A stretch of 33,146 bases of DNA from Trichinella spiralis (Eukaryota): assembly GCF_000181795.1 (NCBI RefSeq), contig NW_003526944.1:3238793-3271938 (forward strand), in the 5' to 3' direction. Below, in pieces: positions 1-13,668 of the stretch (the stretch's first letter is position 1; the number at the start of each line of letters is the position of its first letter). Both the position numbers and the translations under genes were made by a program. The notes beneath the pieces were generated by a model. That model saw only the letters and a program-made list of their open reading frames with translations. It searched no databases and was not told the origin of the DNA.

Positions 1-2591
1 TTATACCGGAAATGATACTTTCAAACAACGGAAGTGAAAAGCAATTTGCACAAATATTGTATGAATAAGAATGCTTTCCTTTTCTACTTTGAATACATAA
101 AAAAAGTGGACCGACGACAATCTCGACAAACACTTTTTTTAAATATGAATCTCAATTTAAATGAAATTTTACATTAAAAAAATTATTTTTAAAATATCTT
201 ACAAAATACTTTCTTCTGGTATTGATAATTTGGAGCTTGGGCACACGATCCTACTGCGATTTTCGAATTCGTTTCCCAATAAATCAATTTTATTGATCGG
301 GCTGAAATTTTTTTCGCACTTCAACTTGAAATTCATTTCAGTGCTTCAAATAGAATTTCAAAACGATAAAATTTCAAATTTGAATTTCAAATACAATTTC
401 AAACGTTGCACATTTGCCAACGATCACACTTGGCAGCGCTTTTCGTATCACGAACGAAACCGCAGACAGTAAAATATGGCTAATGAGGTAGTAATTATTT
501 TTCAAAATTATTAACTTTATAAAACTTGAAATAAAAATCACTTTTTGACATTTTTTACTTTATTTAGATAAAATTATTAAAAATATACACCAGAATTGTT
601 GATTTATTAAAATACTTTTATAGTATATATTTTCAGTTTTATGAATATACAAAATTACTTAAAAATTGAATTTATAAAATTTTTTAAATATTTAATTTGA
701 CAACATAATACACTTTTAAATTAATTTATTGATTGTTTACGCTAAATAACTGCAACTGTACAACATAGAAAGCTAATAAACAGGCTGTTTATAAAATTAT
801 ATTTTCAAAATTAATTGAATTAGCTAACAATTTCATTTTAAAATTATTTTGACAATGTACAATGGCAATTTTTAAAATGTGAACTAAATTATCATCATAC
901 AGTAGAATTCAAATGGAAAAAACTTTTTCAAAACTTTCGACATTATTAAAGTATTAAAATTTGAAATATTTGTTAATAAAAAGTTATATGTGATGAATAT
1001 TAAAATATTTTTTCTATATTATACGAAACGCCGTTTCTTTCCCAGAATTAATAGTTCGCGTAATGCAGGTACGTTTGTCAGTTTACAAATGACAGTAGAC
1101 ACATTTACACGTTAATTAGAGAAATTTCGCAAACTATTTGCAGAAAATTGCAAAAACAATATTTTATGAAATCACATAATATTTTCATTATTTACAATTG
1201 TATTTATAATATACAAAATGGTTTACTAACGCTTTGCAATTTTTTAGTACTTAAGTAAAAATAATAATTTAATTTTTACTATTTATGGACAAATATTTAA
1301 GATTTTACTCAAATTCAAAGCAATACATTTCTTAAATACAAAATAACTGGTATAATGCTTGATTTCTTTTGTTACCTTCATTATTAACACTGATAAATTG
1401 TGTAAATTGGGTAAGAGGCACGTACAAGTAAATGCGAAGCATTGTCATATTGTGTAAACAAGATATCGCATTTTATGATTACTTGAATAACATAAATACA
1501 TATTTTTATAAATATATATTGGTGGACACATATCATAAAGCTATTTTTATTATTTTTTACTGTTGTGGTGAAGATAATAATCTTATAAAGCAGATTTAAG
1601 GTTGTCGTGAACTTTAAAGTTTCATTTAACTTGGATTATTATGTAAAATTAAAGTGAACGAATTTGTTTTTTCATTTTTTACTTATTAAACTCTTTTAGA
1701 TTTCTTCTTGTTAAAATGTTTTTCAAGCATTGACTATGAATTAAATATTATTTGGATTTCAATAGTGCACGCTGTGCTGTTTAAAGAGTAAACACTAAAA
1801 CATTATGTTGAGTAAATTAATTGTTTCTTTCTCATTTCTGTCTCTCTGTATATTTTTAAAACTTCAAAAATTTTGTTTTCACGTAATTTGCTGACTCATT
1901 GTTTAAATAACGTTTTACTACGCTTGTTAAATTTTATTCAAAATCCTACAGGAAATTTTATCATATAAGTTACTTCTTTCTGATTTAATCAATTCTCACA
2001 TCAGTTTTTCAAATGTGAGTCATAAAGCGATTATCGCTTTTGCAACGCTTTGCATCATCTATTGAATTAGTCATTCAGTTTTTTTCTTGTTTCAAAGCTT
2101 TGCAATGTTGACTTATTTAGAGTCAGCCATGATTGCTCATCATTTGTTTGAAATTGCTCATCGTTTTTTACTTTTATCCGAATTACCCATTTGCATATAT
2201 TTAATGCATAAATAGATAATTCCGATTTTAGAAATGTAATATAAAAAAAAAGCTATTAGGTCTGTTTGAGTGTATTTTCGCTGAAAAGTGTTATTTAAAT
2301 ATTAAGTATTATGTGAATAAAATAAATATTCATCTGAGTATATTTCATATTTTATAACAATATTTACATCCATTTCAAATGTCATGATTGGTAATGCAAA
2401 CGTTTTGTATACTTGGACGTGAAAATCATGTTTTATTATTACAGTAATATATCTTAAATAACCGCATTCTCATGTTGGAAGTTGTTGAATGTGTGAATAT
2501 TTTGTTCCAGAATTTTTACTTAACTTGTTTTGCATTAATTTGAATGCATTTTAATTGCTTTCAAAGTTTATGCAGTGCTTTTTTCATCTAA

Positions 2592-3936
2592 ATGTCCGCC
2601 ACATCCCGATCAATAAAATGCGTCGTCGTGGGCGATGGCACTGTTGGAAAAACGTGCATGCTCATCTCCTACACCACCGACTCTTTTCCGCAGGAATACG
2701 TGCCGACGGTGTAAGTAGTGCTATATTCTGCAAGGAGATGATGTTTTTATTTTTCAAGTTTTTAATTTAATACAGATATGTTGATAAAAAATTTTTTTGT
2801 TTGTAATTCATTTTATTTTCAAAATAATTCCATTAGGAAATAACCGAGCAGTATTTTATTTCAATTACAGGTTTGACAATTATTCAGCTCCTTTGACCGT
2901 GGATGGCATGACGGTAATGCTCGGTTTATGGGACACGGCTGGACAAGAAGACTACGATCGCTTGAGGCCACTTTCCTATCCTCAGGTATCTTGTGTTATA
3001 ATGTTATAAAATTTTTGTCTTCACATTTCCTTCTCACGTTGTGTAAAAGTTCGCATAATTGTCGCATTAGAAATAATTACTTCTTACAATTTTATTGAAA
3101 TCTCAGCAAGAGCTGCATTTAACGAGAAGACCAGTTTTTCAATTTCTGTCTAACGGAAGCATAGCTTTGGCGTCGGTTGCTTGATTAATTATTTCTCAAC
3201 TCGTTTTAATCCAGTCTACACGATCTCTGATTTCTTATGCTACTTCCTTTGCACGCGTGTTGTTTGTTTGTTTGTTTATTTGTCATTATTGTTCATTTCA
3301 GACGGACGTGTTTATTTTATGCTTCAGCCTCGTGTCGCCGGTTAGTTTCGACAATGTCACTTCGAAATGGTTTCCAGAATTGCGTCACCACTGCCCGGAT
3401 ACGCCTATTCTTCTAGTCGGTAAGTGGAAATGCCATTGCAACAGGAAGCCAGTTTACTGCTTTGATTTTCATTTGCTAGCTTTTGATCAATTTCGTTTAT
3501 GAGTAATTGAAAAATACCTCCAGTTTGAGAGCATCGAGCAATTGAGAGAGAATATGTGTTGAAGAAAATAAAATAAAATAATTTCACAATTTTTCAAATG
3601 ATAATGAAATTCAGGAACAAAGCTCGACCTGAGGGATGATCAACAGATTATAAAGAATCTCGGCGATCAAGGACTGAGTCCAATTACTCGGAGTCAAGGG
3701 AACAAATTAGCGCAGAAATTGCACGCTATCAAATACATGGAATGTAGTGCATTAACGCAAGAAAATCTCAGACAGGTTTGATTTCTATACCGAATACGTA
3801 AAAATGCAAATTATTCTGTGATTTGTTTCCGCGTTGTTGTTTATTTTGCCAATTAGTTCAGGTTTTCGACGAAGCGGTTCGTGCTGTTCTCAGGCCACAG
3901 CCAGCAAAATCAAAACGCCGCTGTAGCGTGCTGTGA
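2592..3936 (+). CDS. mig-2: Rac/RhoG-like small GTPase MIG-2/Mtl. Five exons: 2592-2710, 2871-2985, 3302-3419, 3615-3775, 3862-3936; 195 aa
   Basis: Spliced translation reads [46 protein letters not shown]...[24 protein letters not shown]...GTKLDLR...YMECSALTQ...KSKRRCSVL*. The [17 protein letters not shown] variant is typical of MIG-2/Mtl. It ends in a CAAX box (CSVL). All introns are GT-AG and in phase. Confidence 0.95.
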
Positions 3937-4411
3937 ACGCGTGGGCGTTGTTTCTCTCTCTTTTTCCCTCTCTGCATTTTAGTAAGTATGCGCAACAAGC
4001 AAGCTCCATCATTCACTGTCAATTAGCTTTACTAATGCTAATGCAGCTTTTGTTGCTCTTTATTTAATTGCACAAGCTATTTGATTTTTTGATCAATTTT
4101 TGAGCTATCCTTTTTTCTTCATCTATATTTATATATGTTCATAAAAAAATGTTTAGTATTTGAATTCAGTCTTCACTTGTATTTTCCTTTGTTAAAGATG
4201 AAAAAAACGGATGATGAATCATCATATCCATCGTAGTAACCAACAGTCGACGGAAATGGACACGTTTTGTTTTGCGAAAAGGATGGATTAAATGATTTTC
4301 TTGCGCTTGCACGCGCATGACTCAGTGAGCGTAAATTATTGACCGATAGCATCGCAAATTGACATTTATATATAGCAATAAAGATTTATGTGATGCTTTA
4401 TCAGAGAAGAA

Positions 4412-4417
<6 letters not shown>

Positions 4418-4445
<28 letters not shown>
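4418..4445. repeat. (TA)n microsatellite between the convergent 3' ends of mig-2 and the MOSPD-like gene
   Basis: Directly visible TA run. Confidence 0.9.
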
Positions 4446-4450
<5 letters not shown>

Positions 4451-4492
4451 TATTTTGCTGTACGATATAACAATTAAAGCTGGTTGGTTCAT

Positions 4493-5486
4493 TCACGGTT
4501 TAATCAAATATTTGGTCAGTACTCCTGCAAAGAAAAAGAAATAGTAATAGTAGTAGTAGTTAAAAATGGTTGATTTTTCTCAAGTTAAATTTTACAAAAT
4601 GCAATACCTAGTACATAAGCGGAGATCAGCTTCTGTGGCAAACTAACACGCAACCATTCGGGATACCAGCTCGGCCCTTCGGCATGGCAATCGACGCTGA
4701 CAGGCGTGAGCAAAATCACCAAGCAGATTATTGAAACGGTGGTCAAAAGGAAATTGCACAGAGCTGAAAAAATATTTAACCGAATAAAAAAATTTGATGA
4801 ATGGATGGATGGATATTCAATGCTCTTTGGTGCTTTCAACAACCTGAATCGTCGTCATCTCTTATTGAAGATCTTCGATTTCCACCAGTTGTCTGGCTAT
4901 CAACAGTGGCAGAGCATCGATTCCGCTGCTCGCATGCAGTCAGCTTTTTCACAGCTTGTTGTTGCTGATCAAAGCCGACTTGCCGCTTTTCAGCATTTCC
5001 ATTCTGATTGATGTAGACAATAATGTCCGTTTTCATCACTTCACTGACGCCGTCCATCTTTTTCACTTCTACCCGAAATTTGTCCGTCGACGGATCCAAC
5101 GGAGCACCGTTTTTATCAGTCATTGGACCGATTCGATGAATATGACTGCAGGGAGGAAAATTTTGAAATTTTCATAATTTTGCAAAATGAAAATATTATT
5201 CTATTCATGCTTACACTTGACTGCATATGCGTGGCTTGAGACGTCCCGAAGCGCCGTCGACAACGTACATATTCGGTGCGGTGCACAATACTTGATAAGC
5301 AACAAAATGCAAAAAAAAAACAACAACTGCAACTACAAAACTGAAAATACCTTTGTAATGGAGCGGCACATCGTATGGATTGCACACGGTGAGCATTTGT
5401 GAAAGCGACTCCCTGTTGGAAGCTGACATCTCCAAGCTGTCTGGAAAAACGACCGTCAATGGTGTTTCGGTGCTGGTCGTCATCAT
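4493..5486 (-). CDS. Motile sperm (MSP) domain protein, MOSPD1/3-like, with C-terminal hydrophobic segments. Exons: 5486-5351, 5290-5215, 5145-4844, 4763-4608, 4524-4493; about 233 aa
   Basis: VVFPDSLEM...QMLTVCNPYDVPLHYKVLCTAPNMYVV and DKFRVEV resemble the MOSPD1 MSP domain. C-terminal VSIICLVILLTP and QKLISAYVLGVLTKYLIKP* resemble the MOSPD1 transmembrane tail. Splice sites are in-phase GT-AG. Confidence 0.85.
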
Positions 5487-5758
5487 GTTATTTATTATCC
5501 AAATGATAAATAACAATAGCCTACATTGGCACTGAAAATATTCCTTTTCAATTAAATAAACAAAATAGTGAAAAATTGTTCAATTGAAATAAAACCATGG
5601 TTGCACAACCCTATATCTTTGCACACCTTGAGTAATACCTGAGGTAATATCATTCATTTACTTTTCTTTTTGTGAACTAGGAAAACAGCACAACGGTAAA
5701 AAAGTATTATGCAAATAAACTTGTATAACGTATAAATAATATAATTGCACAAAAATAT

Positions 5759-7381
5759 TCATGTAGCCATGTTGAAATCGTACAAAATATCTTGCTGCTT
5801 GGCATGATTGAACCGTTCGTTGAAGACCCGCTTGGCAAAACGGTACAAATCCAAGTCCAGTCTGTTGACCGCCTCCACTTGACGACGCTGTTCATCGGTA
5901 AGCTGAATTGAATCAGTTCTCGATTTGAGATCGACCATTGGTTTCGTGAAATGCAGACCAAAGGTCCGTTCGAAAAGATACTGGGATCGGCGCATTTCGT
6001 CCTGAAGACCAAAAAAAGCCATCTTGAGCAGATTGCGCTTTGCCGACAGAAGCATAATCGCATCACGACGGTCCCTGTCCATCGCTGACCGATTGTAACA
6101 GTGGACAAGACGCAGATCGGCCAACATTCTCGTTTGACGATTGAATGCTAAATTCGACGAACAAGCCAAAAATGCATCCAAAGTTACATCCTTCCAACCG
6201 TGCTGGGAACGTTCAAAGCAGGGAGGCAATTCTTCGGCAGTGGGTGAACGTCCGTTGCACAAATGGCGAGAAGCAAGCCAAGTTGCACCACGCCTGACAT
6301 GGTGAAATTCGCTGATAAATCGAGACACTGGTTCACTGAATTGAAAAAGAAAAAGCCAAAATTAATAATTCATTTTTAAACGATTAATCAACAAACAAAT
6401 GACACTCGCTACTAGTGAATTATATTACATTCAAATTTTATCACCCTATTCGAAAAAGTTAACTTGTAAAGAAAGTTTAGAATATTTTTCAAATCTTTCT
6501 GACAGAATCACATGATTACAATAATCAAGTTCAAAGAATACTGTAAAACAGTAAAAATGGCCGAAGATCACTTGCTCTATGACCATGGCGAACAAGAAAC
6601 AGGTTTCTATTGACGATAGCATTCATCATGCCATAACTACTGTTGAAACTGTCACAGTCATTCATTAAAGAAAACTGTGCTCATAGAGATAAATTTTCGC
6701 GATGAAAAAGTTCAAGCTAGAATGTGTGAAATTGGAAAAATTCACTTTTGCAACCTACCGCAAGAATGTTGTGATGAAATAACGACGAGCTACGTGGCGA
6801 TGTTCCCTATTATCAAAATATTCGTCCACACAACCGCTGGCAACGAGCTCTGTCCAGTCAGAATGTAAGCCGCAATTCCAGCCAGTAGAAAAACGACTGA
6901 AAAGCCAAGGTGATTTATATGAATTTGGACGCATGCAGCGACATCGTTTACGACGTGCTTGACAAACGCACGGCGAAATCAAGTCGATCTGCCTCACCAT
7001 GTAACGTTCAAATGTTGTACCACCGGTTTTTTGAATATGTAAAAATACTATAACATCTGAACGATTGAGATCGAATCGTTGAACAGTCGGATCACTTTGT
7101 ATTTTATCAAATGAAACGTTGCCCACTTCCATTGCATTCTGCGCTTCGGATGGCTTTTCGTGAAACTTCGGTAAATCCAAAACCGTTTCAACTAACAGAT
7201 TGTCCAAAAATGATTCATCTTCAGCAGTAAATTCAGCGGGAAAGTTTTCCAAAGGCGAAACATCTGCTGGCGACAAATTTTCAACTTCGGAATACCAGCT
7301 TGCATAGAATAAAAATGAGCAACCGAACAAGCAGAGGAAAATAAATATCGTTTGATATCTACGACATCCTCCGTCTAGCAT
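5759..7381 (-). CDS. hst-6: Heparan-sulfate 6-O-sulfotransferase (HS6ST). Exons: 7381-6759, 6335-5759; about 399 aa
   Basis: N-terminal type II anchor, PAPS-binding motif VFLHIQKTGGTTF, WLFSRFSTGWNCGLHSDWTEL, YFITTFLR/EPVSRFISEFHHVRRGATW, and NLAFNRQTRMLADL. Confidence 0.95.
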
Positions 7382-9525
7382 TATTTCTTATGGTATGTGT
7401 GATAATTCGTTGCATTTGAACATTAATTTGTCATGTTATCCATTTCCTGCTACCACACGATATTTTACAGTATTCTCTTTATTGAACTTAATTATTACCG
7501 TAAGATTAATAAGTAAGTACTCTGTGTAAATTTTGCTTCATTTCAAAAATTGCTTTTATTATAAGACTAATAATTTTTAAAAAATTTTCACATTATTTGA
7601 AATTTAATTAACATTGCTGAATGTAAAATACAGTCGTGCGGAATCATCGAATAGTAGTGCCGATTTTGAATAAATTTATTTAGTTATTTTGAAGATAATA
7701 TTTAATTAAGAAAACTATTTAAACATATCAGTCACAGTTTTAAAATGCCATTTCAAGTTAATTTTTTTGAAATAAGGTAATCTTAAATGGGTATAATGAA
7801 TGACAAGCTAATGACAAAACGTAAATGAATAAAATTATTATCGGCATTTTCAACTATTATACGATTGCCTTTGTTTCTTGCTGAGCAGCTGCTGTTATAA
7901 TTTTCAGACAACTGTTAAAAAATTTTTTCTTTCAACAGACGGCTGTCGTGCGGAATTCTCACTAACCATTGCTGTCGCTTTATGCATTTAACAAATGCTA
8001 TTTTCACGCTTCAAAATTTTATTTCGCATAATGTTGTATAAAAGATTTTAAAAGAGTATTTTTTTGCAAAAGTATTATTTTCATTTCAAGGTTATAAAGC
8101 GAAAGATTTTTTCTTTCATCACAAAATATATTTTATTTAAATGCTAGTACATTTTCCACACCAGATAATTTGTTATAAATTATTCACGATGAATTGCATA
8201 TTATTATTCTTTAAAACATTTATTATCACGAATACGAATATAGCAAAATTTATAAAATCAAATTGACGCTGTACCGAAGCAACAGAATTAAAGATGCAAG
8301 ATCTCACGCATTATATTCTAGTCTCTTTACAAGCTTAGTCAAATATGTATTATTTTCAAAGATTTTTCTAACATTTTTCGACATTACTAGTCATCGAATC
8401 GTTATTGGAATAAGAGGCTGTTGCTCTTTTTTTGCAAAAACACAATCCTATGAAATGCGGCGTTCTTAGGCGTTCCTTTTGCAGCTTGTACATTACGAGA
8501 GCAACTGAGATCCTGAAAGTGGCTGACAACGTTTCCGGATACTAAGTTCATGTCAACTGTACCTTTTGAATACATGCGAAGGAGTTTGCACTTGTTACAG
8601 CGGAATAAAGTTCCTGGAAAAATAATCAAGAAGGTAATCGTTTGTACGGTTACTATTGCTTGATTAAGATCTCATACAATTGTGCTTGTATTAGAACAGC
8701 TGCTGATAGGATGGCATTCGAGATGATGGTAGTAGGCAAGGAGGAAACGCTTGCTTTAGACCTGTCACTGCTGGTGACAGTGAAGTGTTGATATAATCCG
8801 TTAGTGAGATCGAAACAGAGAAGAAGACGAGTGACATGGGCAATCTACATGCAACCGACTGCCATTGCTTGTCAGATAAGAAGAATTGCTAAAGTAATCA
8901 AAATGACCGGATGATTAATAGTTGAATTGAGTTTTTATTATATAACACTGTTTATTATTTGTCATATAATTTCTTAATTTTATTCATGTTAACCAATAAA
9001 ATGTAATACTGAAGGAAAAAACACTATTTCATTTAATTGAATTAATATAATATATAAAAAGATCAATATTTATGGACTAGATAAACAAATGTTTCAACTG
9101 TAGGAAATTAAAATTTCTACATGAAGAAAAAATAAGTATCATAAAGTTTAAGAGTGCCATATAAATGATAAAGAAGCACCAACAAGAAGCATTCCACTAC
9201 AGCGTGTGGTGCACTCAAATCCTTCATTTTTAATACTGAATTTTAAAATTTATTTTGTTTTACTTTGTTTTATTAAAGTTATTTTTATTTATTATTAATT
9301 TTTTAAATATTTGTGACTTTCTCTTTATCAGCATACTTGAATTACATACCGTAATGTTACAGTATCATCAAAGAATCGTGAATTACGTTTTAAACAATTG
9401 ACCATTTTGTTACTTCTGTTCGGCGTTCTTTTGTGGATTTTCGACATTGAAATTACATTTTCAAGGTCTTTATATTTATTATTCGACAAAATAAATATAA
9501 ATTTAATTTAATAATAATTGTTTAG

Positions 9526-11914
9526 ATGGATGGTGAATACTCTTGCCTGCTCGATTCAATCATCGAAGCATTTCTTAAAGTAGCAAATTTACGGAATGAA
9601 GTTCAACTGAAATTTGATAAGAATGCAGCTCTTTGTGCAACTAATATGATTGCAGAATTGGAAAGGTGCGAAGCAAAGTTGAATAAATGTCAGAAAATGA
9701 TGAAGAACATTTCGAAAACACTCCATGAATTAGGTATTTTATATTTTTGAAAAAAATTTTAAATGTCTTATTGCATGCGTATTGAGATTTTGCGAATGTT
9801 ATATTTCAATGTGAATTATACAATAAACTCAACAGAAATTTTGACGTTGATTGAAACACGTAGAAAGCGTTTAATTTGCACTTCAGATGACTCAACTGCA
9901 CCCGACCTGCAGAAATTGTACGAATTGAGAAATCATCGAACTAGATGTGCATACAACAAAGTTTTAAACGAAGTTCAGTTGCTGACTTCAGAATTGAATA
10001 GTATGGTACAAAATAAAATGTGGGTTCTAGCATTGAACAAGTACGATAAATTACGATTATTGAAAGAGCGTATGGAAAATTCATCTTGCAAGCATTTGAA
10101 AAGCTATCTTGAAAAAGTAACTGCTCAGTGGAAATCCTACTTTGAAAACTTGTGCTTGAAGTGGATATATGATTCGACAGAAAAATTGGGTCTAGTTTAT
10201 TATGATAAAGAAAAATCTGCGAATACAGTTTTTCAGAAACAGCATTTTATTGATATTGGAAATTTGGCGATGACAGTTGCGATGAAAATAGCCGATTTGG
10301 AAGAGTTGCCGAAAATATTTGCTTCTCCATTTACGAGAAGGTTGGTAGAATTAAGTATTGTATAATATATAAATATTTATGGAATATTTGCGTTTAGGTT
10401 TGTTTATTTTTTTTGCTCTTCAAAAACAGCGGATATGACGATGGACAAAGTAAAGCCTGAACATTATTTATCGGTGGCATTTTATTGGATATCGGAAGGC
10501 AGAAAATGGATTGAAGAAATTTGTAAATGTCAAATGCACGACAAGGCGTATGAATTTTCATTTAAATTCGCTCGAATCATTCTCGATCAAGTTGTTGAGC
10601 GAGTTCTTTTTGATCTGAAGCAAGCAGTGTTGGACGACGATGTGGAACGTTTTTCTCACATTATAGACGAGATGAGTGCTTTCGATGTAGAATTGCGACG
10701 TAATAAGCGTATTTTTTATGCAGATTTTTCAAAATATAATCCAAGTGATTATTTAGAAGATTTTCCTTGCACTGAGCCAGGTTGTATGGAAGTTCTTGTA
10801 AATGACGATTTGTTCGATTATTGGTACACGTTGGAAAATGATGAAATGACCAAATACATCAACGGGGTTTCGAAAAATGCCAAATCATGGAAACCTCGTT
10901 TTGAGAATCAGTCGGCTGAAGACAAGGATAAGGTCCCTTATTGTGTGGATCGATTTTTGATTTTGATCGTAGCGTTTGTTCGACGCTTCAAATTGGTCAT
11001 TTCTTTCAACCACCGGCTACGTTTGGCCAAGTTGCTTTGTTCATTTTTGGTTGAATTTTATGATTGTTTGCTTTCACTTTCACAAACGTTCAACATCGAC
11101 AATCACAAAAGTCCAGTGGCTGAGCTGCTCAATGGAATTGCTTATTTGGTGCAGGTGCTGAAGCAGTGGCAAGAGCAACCGATTTTTGTACAATTGCATC
11201 CAGGTTTGTTCGACAGTGTTGTGGCACAATTCTGCACTATTCAGGTATTTTTTGTTGCTTTTTATTAGTTATTAATATTTTTGGCAAAGTTTAGGAAAAC
11301 TGTTTGGATGGTATTGTTAAAGCCGAAGTGACACGTTTGAGTAAGCTTGTCAGAGGCAAGTTCAGGCCAGCGTTGGAACGTGGTGATGCTTTGTTGCATT
11401 CGGTTTTTGCCGAAACTGTTGTATGGCCAGTGCATAAGATTTTGCTGGAAAGAGCCAATTTGTTGAAGTTGGTTTTCATTTGAATTATTTCATTTGAATC
11501 AAGTTTGTTTAAAATTTCAGTGAAGAAGTTTTTTGTTCGTGGTTGATGAAATTCGCCAATCGACTAGCCGATGAATTGCTTAACAAATTTTTACTAACAA
11601 TCCACTGCGATCGAAATTTGGGCTTGAAATTGCAGAAACTTTTTCTGGATCTTTTCTGCTTGTTTCTCGGCCGGTGTGAAGATTCCACATACCATACTTT
11701 TCGATTGGCATCTTCTTGCTTTGACCGCCTGGCCCAGTCTTTGATTATATTGGCCGCTAACGTGCCGGTCTGTTTGATGTTGCAAGAAAGTCTGCTGAAC
11801 AAAGATGAGGATGTTGATTCGTTGTTAAATTCATTATCCGCTGGTGATTTGACACCAGATTTATTGCGAAAGTTGTTGTCCGTTAGGACAGATTTAATTC
11901 GAACCTACAGCTAG
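9526..11914 (+). CDS. RINT1: RAD50-interacting protein 1 (RINT1/TIP20 family, ER-Golgi tethering). Exons: 9526-9733, 9836-10340, 10398-11244, 11295-11467, 11521-11914; about 708 aa
   Basis: PFTRRFVYFF...KPEHYLSVAFYWI, FSHIIDEMSAFDVELR and CMEVLVNDDLFDYWYTLE match remembered RINT1 conserved blocks. The N-terminus looks coiled-coil. The exon chain is in phase. Confidence 0.8.
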
Positions 11915-12148
11915 CAAGCAAGGTACACCTTTGTTCTATTAAATGGTTTTTTCCTTTCAGTGCACGGCATTGTTTGTTAATTAAATAAATTATTGGTATT
12001 TGATAATTGAAAATGAACACTGCTTTGGTGCCACTTGAAATAATGTAATTTATTAAAAAAATATATATATGTTTCAAAAATAGTACATTATAATTTTGAG
12101 ACTTAAATTTTTGATATGGGCTGAGATATACGTGACGTTTTGAGGGAA

Positions 12149-13626
12149 TCAGTCAATTTGCTCTGTTATCCAGTCGACAAAACTAGTGACACGTGTATAT
12201 ATACCCGGTGTATCTCGTCTCGCGCAGCCGAATCCAAAACTGACCACGCCTTCCAATTGCCAGACGCCGTCACGTTGGCAAGTCAGTGGACCACCGGAAT
12301 CACCCTGAAAATGGAATTTTTTAATTAAAAAAATTTTTTTCATGTTTTAGTTTCGAAGTTCGAAGAATCACTTGACAAGAATCTTTGCCACCATCTTCGA
12401 AACCTGCGCACAGCATGATGCCCGCAGAATACAGGTCACCGTAGCATTTTTTACAGTAAGAATCAGATTTGATCGGCACGTATGTTTGGTATAAAGTATT
12501 CGAATAGTAACCGCGTTCTGGGTGAATAATGAAAGAAAGAACGACATTTGTTATTGGGCAATTTTTAAATCGATTTAATCGTATGTCTACCGTAACGATG
12601 GCCCCAGCCAACAGTGAGACAGAGTTGATTGATCGGCAGGACGGTTCTAGATTTGGGCAAGCATACCGCAGAGACGGTTTTTGTAAACTGGAATGGCCTT
12701 TTCACGCGTAGTAACGCCAAATCATTGAAATGACCGTGTCCAGTATATTTCGACTGGACAATGATTCGGTGAACGACGGAACGTTGCGCCCCTTGGCCGC
12801 GGTATCGAAGATTATGCAACCCAGCGGCGACACTCAGTACATTCGGCTGTAGCAGGGTAGAGGTTAAAAGTCTAAAAACGAATTAAACCGTTAATATTAA
12901 TCGAAGATAGAAGAAGAAAATTTTTTTGATATTGCCCAATTATATGGTACTTTTGTTGGTAAACGCAGTGTCCAGCAGTGACCACGACATCTGAGTAATT
13001 GGTGAATCGATTCGATTGAATTATGGAACCACCGCAGCGGTGTTCGCTCGTCTGAATGCTAACTGCCCACGGGACGGAATGTGGTCGTGCTTCGATACCG
13101 CCAACAATTCGATTCCTTGTATTGGTCTCGGCTATGGATTTGATTTGAAAATGCGGTTTGCCGCATGGCACTTTCTCTGCCCATAATAAGTTACTTTGAT
13201 AAGCTGGATTTTTTGGTTCTTTGGGTTTATTGGATATTACTGTAATTGTAATATTATAGGCAGTTGTACTGAATTGATGTTGTTTTACTTGGTGAACAAC
13301 TCTTCAACTCTGCCGCATAATCTTCATTACCGTAAAGGCGGACTTGTGAAAATCCTTTGGAAAATAGTTTGCAAATTTTGTCTTTACCAACAAAACTGAT
13401 GCCAATACAACCGAGCTTTTCCTGATTTTCCCAACACTTGTACAGACAGGTAAGCTCATTGGAACAGTCGAGAATGAGCCCCTTGACCGCAACATTCGAC
13501 CAATAATGGCCATAATGTCGTTCAATGAAACACTCTAATTGGTCTTTTGCCAAATGGATCTTTTCTATGCGATCATTTTCTAATCTTGATGTTTTTAATT
13601 TCGATCGTTGTACGTTTAGCTGAATC

Positions 13627-13668
<42 letters not shown>

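Noticed and set aside
161..472. 103-aa ORF at the window start
   Set aside because: F/I/K/N-rich composition typical of chance ORFs in AT-rich DNA; no motif.
2986..3301. mig-2 intron 2 donor GTATCTTG as a possible U12-type intron
   Set aside because: It departs from the RTATCCTT consensus and has no TCCTTAAC-like branch point near the acceptor.
4301..4334. 10-bp G:U-rich hairpin between the mig-2 and MOSPD-like 3' ends
   Set aside because: Too short for a pre-miRNA, lacks SECIS features, and is plausible by chance.
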